DNA from: a virus
IMG/VR virus record: IMGVR_UViG_3300042502_001732
Span: 64,001 to 128,000 of that record
Reading direction: 5' to 3' (one strand)
Length of the DNA: 64,000 nucleotides
The position numbers were made by a program, and so were the translations under genes. The notes under the pieces are model-generated. The model had not been told where the DNA came from and ran no database searches. It saw nothing but the letters and a program-made list of their open reading frames with translations. Every line of letters begins with the position of its first letter. Position 1 is the first letter of the stretch. Shown here in pieces: positions 55,667 through 64,000 of this stretch.

Positions 55667-55787
55667 TCTGGTATCGAATTGTTGCTTACATGGTTATTAT
55701 AGCATAAACCGCGGCAAAAGTACACAACTTTTTTCATAAAAGTGAAAAAAGTCCCCAAAGTTAAGCCCCGTATAGAGAAACAGACCT

Positions 55788-56705
55788 TTAGGAGGCAAAA
55801 AAGGTGCTCAGAATATGAGCAATTGCATTGTCTTTTGCCTTGAGTTCGACTTCCCAGGTGACGTCACGATTTGCAGAGACTACATGTGGGAGATGGGTTG
55901 CATAGTCAGTATGACTACGAGTGCTGCCAATACCTTCGCTCCAATGAAACACAGGAGTATATTTTCCCCAACTTTGGCGAAATCGAGAGATGCTTTGAGA
56001 CGAGTCGCATGACGGGTTGCACGTGTCATGAAGATTGTCATAGACGAGTGGAAGATGCCCTGCAAAATGTGTGTAGAGATTCTCGCAATTCCAGTATGCC
56101 TTGTCTTCGTTTTCTAACACAAGTCGATGACGAACGCCACGACTACAACGGGCGAGATTTGCACAAAAGCGAGACACATACTCGCCAATAGTTTCACGCT
56201 TAAAGTCAGGGCTCTTGTTGAGATGCAGACACATTGGAGAACTATAGTTTGCTTTACATCCCATCATATCAAGCACATATGACTGATGGTCAAGTTCGCG
56301 AATAGTCTTGTCTACAACATCAGGGTTATAACTTGATAGGACATTAAACTGATCGGGATGTGAGCTGCATGTGATGTCATGCTGCCGAGCAAATTCACCA
56401 GCCTTCGCAAGGTTGCTTGCGATATCATCAAACCCATGCAGGTCGTCGTAGCGCAACTCGAGCGTATGATCAGTAAGCAACGGGAAAATTGAACTCGACA
56501 CACGATAGTGACGAGCACCTGAGTCGATGCATGCCTGGAGTGTACGCAAGATGTGCTGCGAATTATGAAGTATACGCTCGGATAGTACTTGCAACCCACG
56601 CTCACGACCAAGAGTTACAAACTGCTTGCGAGTCATCGTCTTTGCTGAGATCTTTTGGTATGTCAGTCTTTCACTTATGCAAACTAGTCCCAGTCGTGGT
56701 GTCAT
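55788..56705 (-). CDS. uvsE: UV-damage endonuclease
   Basis: YRVSS.IFP, HPDQF, LENED, D.LHD.CN, VELKAKD; GTTTAC...TATAAT promoter at 56711-56740. Confidence 0.9.
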   Translation of the reverse strand: MTPRLGLVCISERLTYQKISAKTMTRKQFVTLGRERGLQVLSERILHNSQHILRTLQACIDSGARHYRVSSSIFPLLTDHTLELRYDDLHGFDDIASNLAKAGEFARQHDITCSSHPDQFNVLSSYNPDVVDKTIRELDHQSYVLDMMGCKANYSSPMCLHLNKSPDFKRETIGEYVSRFCANLARCSRGVRHRLVLENEDKAYWNCENLYTHFAGHLPLVYDNLHDTCNPSCDSSQSISRFRQSWGKYTPVFHWSEGIGSTRSHTDYATHLPHVVSANRDVTWEVELKAKDNAIAHILSTFFAS

Positions 56706-56747
56706 GATGTATTATACCCTAAAAGCGTCAATTTGTAAACAAAAAAA

Positions 56748-57074
56748 TGGTGGATGTGTGGAGGATCGAACTCCAGTCCATGACTTCTCGGCAATATACT
56801 TCTACAATTTATTGATTGATGTTAGGACAATCACAACCTAGATTGTTGTCGAGCAATCCCGCATCAATATTCGAATCGATGAGTCTATTATATTTTCGAT
56901 ATACAACTATCCGACCCTACTCTGTACCAACGCATGTTATCGGAGTTGATGCGTTGGTGCGGTTATGCCGCGAGAGCTAGTGTATCTTTTTCGTTTTTCT
57001 CTTGCACTTAGAGTCGTGCAGACTGTGCATTGCATATATTGCTTCAAATGTCATGTCGAAACCATGTCACACCC
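56748..57074 (-). ncRNA. ssrA: tmRNA
   Basis: 5' GGGTGTGACATGGTTTCGAC; 3' GGACTGGAGTTCGATCCTCCACACATCCACCA; G3-U70 pair; tag frame ends DTLALAA-TAA. Confidence 0.92.
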
Positions 57075-57076
57075 GT

Positions 57077-57266
57077 TTAAGTTATTATTTTATTTATCTC
57101 ATTATGTATATTATCATCTAGACCTCCCCATGACCAATATTGTTTACAAACAGTTGGTACATCACTAGGATACATCCAAGTAAACGCATCTTGCATGAAA
57201 TTTACGTGCCAATTGACCAAGTGTATTAAATTCACTAATACGAACAAGTCTCAATCTTGGCATCAT
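57077..57266 (-). pseudogene. frameshifted chimera of the uvsE 5' end and the 3' end of a 57954-58637 homologue
   Basis: MMPRLRLVRISE fused to SEFNTLGQ...[frameshift]...CKQYWSWGGL. Confidence 0.7.
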
Positions 57267-57303
57267 GATGTATTATACACCAAATCTACTTATTTGTACA
57301 CAA

Positions 57304-57957
57304 CTATTGTGATCGTACTAAATTCAACAATTGTGTTTTATTATGCAACCCTACTGTAAAATTTGCATGAAATGCTAAGGCATCACTATCTAAAACAAAA
57401 TGCGGAGAATCTGGACTCCAAAGGCCGAGTTCTAGATTGCCATATGTCGTAAATTTGAGACTAAGTGGAATATATTTTAAACCTGAATGCGGTAACATCT
57501 CATTTATTACAGTTTGGTCACATTCCTTTGCTGCATAATATTCTTTATTACAAATGAGAGCTTCTTTTACATTATTAAAAAAGTTAATAGTTTCAGGACA
57601 TACCCGACATACAAAAAGTCCGGCACATAATGCGTTTTTGCTATCTTGTTGAAATGCAATATGAGAGTCTCCAAGTTCTTCTAACATTGTAGTTACTATG
57701 TTGCCTCTTACGCATATATCACTATCTAGATATATGAGTGCATCACCATATTGCAAAGCCTCAAGTTCAGTGATAATATGGTGTGTTTTATTATAACATG
57801 CATTAAAAAATGCCTCACTTTGAAAGTCTCCTTCGCAACTATTATCAAGATATGCAATCTTACATTCATGTTTGCAATGTAACAAAATTTCATTATAAAG
57901 CTTTTCAGTAAAGTTTTGATGACGAGCCGAACAAACTGTTAAAAGCAAAACTTTCAT
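57304..57957 (-). CDS. nucleotide-diphospho-sugar transferase (GT77-like)
   Basis: YLDSDI, FQQD, LCAGLF, DQ, FHANF. Confidence 0.75.
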   Translation of the reverse strand: MKVLLLTVCSARHQNFTEKLYNEILLHCKHECKIAYLDNSCEGDFQSEAFFNACYNKTHHIITELEALQYGDALIYLDSDICVRGNIVTTMLEELGDSHIAFQQDSKNALCAGLFVCRVCPETINFFNNVKEALICNKEYYAAKECDQTVINEMLPHSGLKYIPLSLKFTTYGNLELGLWSPDSPHFVLDSDALAFHANFTVGLHNKTQLLNLVRSQ

Positions 57958-58637
57958 GCCAGTAATGTTTCAATGTCTTTGATTATATCATCTTGCAATC
58001 CTCCCCATGACCAATATTGCTTACAATATTCTGGAACTTCGCTTGGGTGACACCATGAAAATGCTTCAGGATAAACTTTATGCGCCCATTGACCAAGAGT
58101 ATTAAACTCACTAAATTCATTACGCTGTTGTTGGCATATCCATTGTTCAAGGCTGCAACTATGTTTTTTCATTATCCATGCTCTAAACTCGTTATATATC
58201 CATCGTGGATATATAATTGGATGTCTTCTCATATATTCATAACTATCATACCAACCAAGAGTCTTTTCAGAGATCGCATTCCATGGACTATTAGAACATT
58301 CTTCGCGAAGCATAATAGGTTTGTTATCTTTAAAAAAACAAGTTGGTGAAAAATCTTTATAAAAAATACAGTCACTATCAACATGAAGAATATAGTCAGA
58401 TAAACACCACGTGTCTGCATGTAATTTAGTAATCTGTTGCGCAAGATAGCCATCACATTGATCAACTGTGCCATGTACATTCTCTGCTGTAAGGTGAGCG
58501 AGCAGTTGAACATCAGATTCTGGGACTACAAGATGAAGAGTTTCAAACTCTTTACCATATTTATGTATACTTTTTAAAGAATGCCACAACCATTTAAAGT
58601 CATTGCGATACGAACGTATGAGTATATCAGTTTTCAT
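57954..58637 (-). CDS. GT-A fold glycosyltransferase-like protein (DUF6492-type)
   Basis: GYLAQQITKL, HVDSD, FSEFNTLG. Confidence 0.65.
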   Translation of the reverse strand: MKTDILIRSYRNDFKWLWHSLKSIHKYGKEFETLHLVVPESDVQLLAHLTAENVHGTVDQCDGYLAQQITKLHADTWCLSDYILHVDSDCIFYKDFSPTCFFKDNKPIMLREECSNSPWNAISEKTLGWYDSYEYMRRHPIIYPRWIYNEFRAWIMKKHSCSLEQWICQQQRNEFSEFNTLGQWAHKVYPEAFSWCHPSEVPEYCKQYWSWGGLQDDIIKDIETLLA

Positions 58638-59290
58638 TGCGGTATGCAAAGTATGTCATATTGTTCACCAACTTCAGGGAATGGTATTATGTCATAACCA
58701 AATTGAGACAGAAAGTTTTCAATATCATGCGCAGTTTTGCCATTTTGCGCAAGGGCACCGACATTAATTTCAATCCAAAAAACTGGACGATATTTTGAAA
58801 TTGTTTCTTTTGCTCCTTCTAAAGCATTGAGTTCATAACCCTCAATATCAAGCTTAAAAAAATCAAGAGCAGACAGGTTTAGTGAGTCTAGTGTTATAGT
58901 TTTTATGCAAAATGAACCATCACCAGACTGTTGTGATATTCGGCCAGCTCCAGCATTATTATCTACTGAATAGTTTACTTCTTCGTCACAGTTTGATAGT
59001 CCACAATTAAATAAATTTGCTGAACCGCAATTATATTGTAAACATTCAAAGGCTGCAGGATTTGGTTCAAATGCATAAACGTCTCCATTTTTACCAACTG
59101 CATCACAATATGCAAGTGTGTGGTCGCCTATAAATGCACCAGCATCAACAACTGTATAACCAGGTTGTATATATTCTAAAATGATTGGCAACGCGTAGCG
59201 ATCATGATCGAGGCGGCCACTTTCTTCAACCCAACGTGATATATGAGTATCATTCTCTAAAATCGCAATGTTTTCACGCGTTATTTTCAT
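58634..59290 (-). CDS. FkbM-family methyltransferase
   Basis: VDAGAFIG, AFEPNP, KLDIEGYE..ALEGA. Confidence 0.9.
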   Translation of the reverse strand: MKITRENIAILENDTHISRWVEESGRLDHDRYALPIILEYIQPGYTVVDAGAFIGDHTLAYCDAVGKNGDVYAFEPNPAAFECLQYNCGSANLFNCGLSNCDEEVNYSVDNNAGAGRISQQSGDGSFCIKTITLDSLNLSALDFFKLDIEGYELNALEGAKETISKYRPVFWIEINVGALAQNGKTAHDIENFLSQFGYDIIPFPEVGEQYDILCIPQ

Positions 59291-59316
59291 ATATTTTATT
59301 TATAATAAATAATAAC

Positions 59317-60129
59317 ATGCTCATACACACATACTTTGCAAAAGAAAGGGGGATGGGATTGGGTGATTTTATACGAGGGTCAATCGCGGCAAATCAACTA
59401 TGCGTGGAATATAGTATACCATTTGAAATTGATTTTAGGCAGCACCCAATTGGTCAATATTTACAAAATCAATGTTCGGTTACACCTCCAAATACAAATA
59501 AAATTTTAGATTTACAAGACATTCAAAATGCCACTCTACGGGCACTACAAACCAATCTTAAAAATCAAATAAATCTAAAAAATTTACGGCGGGATAATTT
59601 ACATATTTACACAAATGTATGGCCAGTATTTAAACTACCAAGGCGAATAGTAGAGTCTGTTAGAAAATATTTGCAACCAACTGAAGAGTGTGAACGCGCA
59701 ATAGTTGCTGCATTAGATTCGTTGACAGATTATGAAGTTATTCATGTTCGCGTCGGTGACATACTTTCATTTGGCACTCAAATAGGAGACACTGTTGACT
59801 ATACAATGGAACAACTTATTGATAGGTTATCTGTTGTAAAAACTATACAAGATTCTACTACACGTCCATGCATAATAATGTCAGACTCGGCTGAATGTAA
59901 GCGCATCTTAGCAGAAAAATATGGTTTGAGATGCACTTCTACGGTTCCAAGTCATATGGCACTTGAAAATGATTCTGCGCTTGACACACTAGTAGATTTT
60001 TTTATCCTATCACGAGCACGACATATACATCAGTTTAGTGTGCATCATTGGGGCTCAGGATTTAGTGACTCAGTACACTGGCTCTATCGAGTGCCAATTA
60101 CAAAACATAAGCTATCTCCCACAAACTAA
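59317..60129 (+). CDS. NodZ/GT23-like fucosyltransferase
   Basis: GLGDFIRG, IHVRVGD, MSDS, DFFILS, SGFS; ATAAATA upstream. Confidence 0.7.
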   Translation: MLIHTYFAKERGMGLGDFIRGSIAANQLCVEYSIPFEIDFRQHPIGQYLQNQCSVTPPNTNKILDLQDIQNATLRALQTNLKNQINLKNLRRDNLHIYTNVWPVFKLPRRIVESVRKYLQPTEECERAIVAALDSLTDYEVIHVRVGDILSFGTQIGDTVDYTMEQLIDRLSVVKTIQDSTTRPCIIMSDSAECKRILAEKYGLRCTSTVPSHMALENDSALDTLVDFFILSRARHIHQFSVHHWGSGFSDSVHWLYRVPITKHKLSPTN

Positions 60130-60366
60130 TTTAGCAAGCACTGCAGAAAAGCGATAATCATCAACTGTCGCATCACGCACTTCACTCGTAGTGTCCCAAC
60201 TATGAGTTGTGTGGTATGTTTCTGTCTTTAATACTTTATTGTTTGCAGTGTCAATATAGTAGTTTGATTGCCAGTCATATACTTCTCGCAGTTTATTAAG
60301 AGTAATTTGAAGAATTGTGCAATCATCGAGTTCAAACTGAGCACCATTTTTATCCTTGATTTTCAT
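60112..60366 (-). CDS. hypothetical early protein
   Basis: ATTTAC...TATAAT promoter followed by ATG. Confidence 0.55.
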   Translation of the reverse strand: MKIKDKNGAQFELDDCTILQITLNKLREVYDWQSNYYIDTANNKVLKTETYHTTHSWDTTSEVRDATVDDYRFSAVLAKLVCGR

Positions 60367-60448
60367 GTTGTTATTATAACAATCTTTTTTAATTTGTAAA
60401 TATAAAAGTAGCCAGCGCAATACAACACTGGCTACTCGCTATTAACCT

Positions 60449-60667
60449 TTATGCTCCGTGCACAAATGCATAGAGTTCTTCTGCTCTTTCGATAACCTTA
60501 GATACAGCTGGTAGTGTGACATCTACAGTAGACAAGTCTGATGTTTCCTGTCCGTCCTGATAAATCGTCTCTTTTTGACAATTTAATGCCTCATGATATT
60601 GCGTCATAATATCGCCATGAGCGAGTTGCAATACCTCTAGTCGTATTTCGTATGCGTTTTTATTCAT
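60449..60667 (-). CDS. conserved small T4-like phage protein
   Basis: NAYEIRLEVLQLA...AEELYAFV; terminator hairpin at 60404-60435. Confidence 0.7.
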   Translation of the reverse strand: MNKNAYEIRLEVLQLAHGDIMTQYHEALNCQKETIYQDGQETSDLSTVDVTLPAVSKVIERAEELYAFVHGA

Positions 60668-60736
60668 TTTATTGTGTGTGTTTGTGTGTGTTAAGTATAG
60701 AAGACAACCGCGTCCTCTATAGAGTTATATATACGA

Positions 60737-60770
60737 GAAAAGCCACTCAGAGTGACCCGAGTGGCTTTTC
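60737..60770. terminator. bidirectional terminator
   Basis: GAAAAGCCACTC/GAGTGGCTTTTC. Confidence 0.8.
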
Positions 60771-60791
60771 TATATTATTTTTTAATTAGTA

Positions 60792-62855
60792 TTAGTGTAT
60801 CAATGCAAGATGTGTGACTTTGTCGTATAGATGGGGCACAACATACCATTGCTCTGCATCAGATATATCTTTTGGAGATTCGAGTGCACCAATCTCAAGA
60901 AGATCTGTTCCCCATGCAACTGATACTGCTTTCCACTCGCTGCCTAATTTCATGTGTGACATAAGTTTGCTGCTAGAGATTCGATCAAAATCAGTCTTTG
61001 CAAGCAGTTTATATGGGTCGAGTTGATAGAGTTCGCGGTCTTGAATAAAGAAGATATATTTTCCTTTTACTGGAGTAATTTTAGCGGCTTCTTCGAGAGA
61101 CTCGCCTTCTACTTCTATGTTTTCCAGGCGAACTGGACGCTTTGCATAGGCATCAGCTGCTGTAGAAATATGATCTGCTACAGTTTTCCATGCATTTGCA
61201 TTTGACTTTCCATCTTTTCCTGCTTGTGACATATTAGCGATGCCTTGCGCGTTGTCTGCGAGTGCCTGTAAGAAAACTAGATAGTCTTTAGGGCTTAGCA
61301 TATCAATTGATGTTATAAGCTTTTGTACAGCTGGTGTTGGAACAGCTTCTTCGAGTGTCTCTTCCTCCTTAACAAGATTTTTATAGACTCCACCTGGACC
61401 AGACAATTTGCTGCCGGCTGGACGATATTTACCAAGTTTATACTTTTTATTATAGTCATCGCGACTCATAGTTCCAGCATTTACTCGGGCCATGTCAACT
61501 TGCTTGCGGCGCTTGAGTGCCGCATCTGCTGCTTCATCCATCTTTTCATCGGGGCAATCAGACTCTTCTTTGTATGTGCCGACATGAGGAAGTTTTGGCT
61601 CTTTGATGCCCTTTGACTTTTGCTTGAGATATTCTTCAGCGTGATCCTTTGCCTCTTGAGGTGCATTGTATCTAACCGCACTTTGGTATATAACTCTTTT
61701 AGTTTTCTTATCAATAATTGTCGGACGATATCCGCCAAACTGACTCTTTTCTGAAGTTGGGAGATAGTCACCAAGCCAGTTGATTGCTTCATCAATTGTT
61801 TTTTCTTCAATGCTCTCTTCTTCTTTATAGACTGGATTGCTTTTCTGAGATTTGTTGAGGTCTGGATAATACTTGCGCACTGCTTCAATTGCTTTTTTAG
61901 CAATTTCTTTTGTCTTTTTAGCACCATTTGGTTGCATAATTTCAAACCACATATCTTCAACATAGTCATAAATCTTTGGAAAACGATCAAAGATGTCTTC
62001 ATGACTTAAACGAATAGACACACTTGTGACGTCCCAAAGTTTTGAATCTGGGGCGTCGACTATGCTTTGTAATTCGTCGATGAGGTCGGCTGGCTTGCGT
62101 AATGGCTTGTATGCTTCAGCAACGTCCTTTTCTTCAAGTTCAGTCTCTTCCTTTAGTTTGATTGTTTTAAGAAGTAAAAATTCTGAGCTGCCCATCTTGC
62201 GTTGATTAAACGCAATTGTTGTCTTTGGAAGATCTTTTGCCTTGAATGTAATGCTGTTAGTCCCAATTTCTAACACCTTGCCAAAGTTTGTAGTGTCGCC
62301 AACCTTTAGGGTGTCGACGATTGACTTGACGTCTTCGACTCCTTCTTCAAGAGTATCAGCGCTTTCACGAATGGTATTGTTATAGATGTCATTTATCAAT
62401 GCATACTCATCATCGCTTAATAATGTTTTGAGACGTGCACTATAAGCTCTAACTAGCTTTTTACGCTCTTCGTTATTCTTTTTAGCTTCTTCTGTAGATT
62501 TTGATGAATAAGGAAAAGATTTAATTTGTGAAATAAGCTCTTTTGATTTGCTGTCCTTTAAGATTTTATCAAGTGTGCTCTTTAAGAATTGTGCAGACTC
62601 CTTTGCGTCTCTTTCGTCTGCTTTATCTGAAAGATATCTTTTTATTGCGCCACCAAATATAGCAGCTACACCAATTCCTCCTCCAATTACTAATGCTGCT
62701 ACAATATCAATAATGTCTTTTACATACATTGATTGGATAAGGTTCCAATCAATTGCTTCGTCAAGAGTATCAGACTCTTGCAGTTGAGTTTTGCCAGTTA
62801 GAATTGCTGTAGCTGCAGCATACATCGGGTCTTGGTGATAGTGGAAGTTATTCAT
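60792..62855 (-). CDS. internal head polyprotein with repeated LEEA/IDEA-type linkers
   Basis: TATAAATA late promoter; seven acidic linkers; leader shared with 62874-63317. Confidence 0.7.
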   Translation of the reverse strand: MNNFHYHQDPMYAAATAILTGKTQLQESDTLDEAIDWNLIQSMYVKDIIDIVAALVIGGGIGVAAIFGGAIKRYLSDKADERDAKESAQFLKSTLDKILKDSKSKELISQIKSFPYSSKSTEEAKKNNEERKKLVRAYSARLKTLLSDDEYALINDIYNNTIRESADTLEEGVEDVKSIVDTLKVGDTTNFGKVLEIGTNSITFKAKDLPKTTIAFNQRKMGSSEFLLLKTIKLKEETELEEKDVAEAYKPLRKPADLIDELQSIVDAPDSKLWDVTSVSIRLSHEDIFDRFPKIYDYVEDMWFEIMQPNGAKKTKEIAKKAIEAVRKYYPDLNKSQKSNPVYKEEESIEEKTIDEAINWLGDYLPTSEKSQFGGYRPTIIDKKTKRVIYQSAVRYNAPQEAKDHAEEYLKQKSKGIKEPKLPHVGTYKEESDCPDEKMDEAADAALKRRKQVDMARVNAGTMSRDDYNKKYKLGKYRPAGSKLSGPGGVYKNLVKEEETLEEAVPTPAVQKLITSIDMLSPKDYLVFLQALADNAQGIANMSQAGKDGKSNANAWKTVADHISTAADAYAKRPVRLENIEVEGESLEEAAKITPVKGKYIFFIQDRELYQLDPYKLLAKTDFDRISSSKLMSHMKLGSEWKAVSVAWGTDLLEIGALESPKDISDAEQWYVVPHLYDKVTHLALIH

Positions 62856-62873
62856 GTGTTAATTTATTTATAT

Positions 62874-63317
62874 TTAGTTTAGTTCGTTAATTTCTAATTT
62901 TTGATCGAAGGTTTTGAAATAGTATTTGCTGTCGCTGTGTTGCTTTGCAATCTCATAGACCTTTTCAGCAGACGTCTTTGGATTTGCGATGTGTGTTACG
63001 TCTTGACTATAGACATTAAAATAACTTTCGCCATCTTCTTTTTCGATTGTATAGAATGTGGTCTTGGTAATCCACCCTTTGTTCGACTGCTTGAAAATCA
63101 TAATAGCAATTGTGTCAGCGTCTTCTTGAGCTGCAGAAAATCCACCATTTTTACCAAATACATGATTGTTTTTTGACTTTATCATTGCAGCACCCTTAGA
63201 AGCTTTAAGTTCTTTAAGGGCAGACGCATGCGATGCATCTTCTGTTAATGATTCTCTGCCGAGTATCTTTGCTGCAGCGGCATACAACGGGTCTTGGTTG
63301 TAATGAAAATTATTCAT
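62874..63317 (-). CDS. probable internal head protein
   Basis: MNNFHYNQDPLYAAAAKILG...LTE leader. Confidence 0.65.
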   Translation of the reverse strand: MNNFHYNQDPLYAAAAKILGRESLTEDASHASALKELKASKGAAMIKSKNNHVFGKNGGFSAAQEDADTIAIMIFKQSNKGWITKTTFYTIEKEDGESYFNVYSQDVTHIANPKTSAEKVYEIAKQHSDSKYYFKTFDQKLEINELN

Positions 63318-63326
63318 ATGTCTTAT

Positions 63327-63824
63327 TTATTCTGCTTCCTTTGTGCTCTCAATATAGTCACGAGCACTGACAACATATTCTTCTGCCTTTACAAGATTTG
63401 CTTGAACGTGCTCTGGTAAATTTTCGTCGTCGCTTAGCATGTCATGCAATCCTTTTGCGTTGCGAATGATTGTGCGAAGTGCGGTCTTTGCCATGCTGCC
63501 TTCAGCGTCATACTCGCCTGCGTCTTGTTCGGCAGCTTCCTTTACGTTTCCATACTGATATGAAACAGGAACACTTTCTCCATCTTTAAAAGTTTTTGCA
63601 GAAGACTTTATGGAATTTAATGCAGTTATAAGTGAGTTGATCTTCTTTGGATCAAAGTCATCGCCACGTTTTATTGAATCAACAAATTGTTGAAATGATT
63701 TGCCTAGCGTGTATAATTCATTGTTGATGACATGTCCAGGCAAACGCATAAAAGACTCTTGTAAGTCTTCGGGCTTGCCTTGAAGGATTCTTGTTGCTGC
63801 TTCTATAAGCGGGTTTTTATGCAT
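63327..63824 (-). CDS. probable internal head protein
   Basis: NPLIEAATRILQG..LQE leader; EYDAEGSMAK...NLPEHVQ domain common in large T4-like phages. Confidence 0.7.
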   Translation of the reverse strand: MHKNPLIEAATRILQGKPEDLQESFMRLPGHVINNELYTLGKSFQQFVDSIKRGDDFDPKKINSLITALNSIKSSAKTFKDGESVPVSYQYGNVKEAAEQDAGEYDAEGSMAKTALRTIIRNAKGLHDMLSDDENLPEHVQANLVKAEEYVVSARDYIESTKEAE

Positions 63825-64000
63825 ATCTTTCGTTTCTATTTTTCCAAATTTGTGCTGCCTTGTAGATTAATGCAGAGATGTTGCTTGATTCTTTATAACC
63901 AGAACTTTCTCCTCCGTCAAAATATCCATCAAGCGCAAATAAGAAATCTTCCATTTCATCTTCATCCAGATTGCGCACTGCTCCCATTGCCTTTTTAGCA

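Larger units (their letters stand above)
41760..55787 (-). promoter_or_regulatory. motif 3: ~70-120 bp T4-early-type promoter cassette with stem-loop
   Basis: CACTTTT.TGAAAAAAGTTGTGTAC-18 nt-TATAAT-AACCATGTAAGCAACAAT-ATG at 41760-41835, 43743-43855, 46239-46308, 50940-51062, 55664-55787; partial copies at 50654-50693 and 55393-55418. Confidence 0.85.

Noticed and set aside
2003-63176. Many antisense or alternate-frame ORFs in the track (e.g. 2003-2311, 26736-27065, 30180-30656, 42442-42843, 61481-62002)
   Set aside because: Shadows of well-supported genes, with no motifs or expression signals of their own

Overview
The window is bacteriophage DNA from a large T4-like (Tevenvirinae-style) myovirus. 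Markers include a split gp5-like baseplate spike, nrdA/nrdB, a ClpP-like protease, PhoH, ATP-dependent DNA ligase, GMP reductase, UvsE, a UvrD helicase, glycosyltransferases, lysis genes, two tRNAs (one split by a 207-nt group I intron) and a tmRNA. Most genes appear leaderless or lack a Shine-Dalgarno sequence, and a phage-encoded outer-membrane beta-barrel hints at a Verrucomicrobia-like host (inference). The most unusual structure is at 22.5-38.6 kb: about 31 copies of a 19-22 nt motif (minus strand ACTAATAARAAACTARAN-TANNNT) divide the DNA into promoter-plus-cargo cassettes. The cargo includes small acidic proteins, structured non-coding RNAs, a tRNA-like RNA, terminator hairpins, truncated genes or nothing, and the upstream stop codon is often built into the motif. 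After about 41 kb this grammar is replaced by a different ~100-bp T4-early-promoter cassette, a different capsid-targeting N-terminus and a second homologous lysis module. The window is therefore either a mosaic of two phage lineages sharing a small-gene pool or a chimeric assembly. All calls come from reading the sequence by eye; no database searches or folding programs were run.
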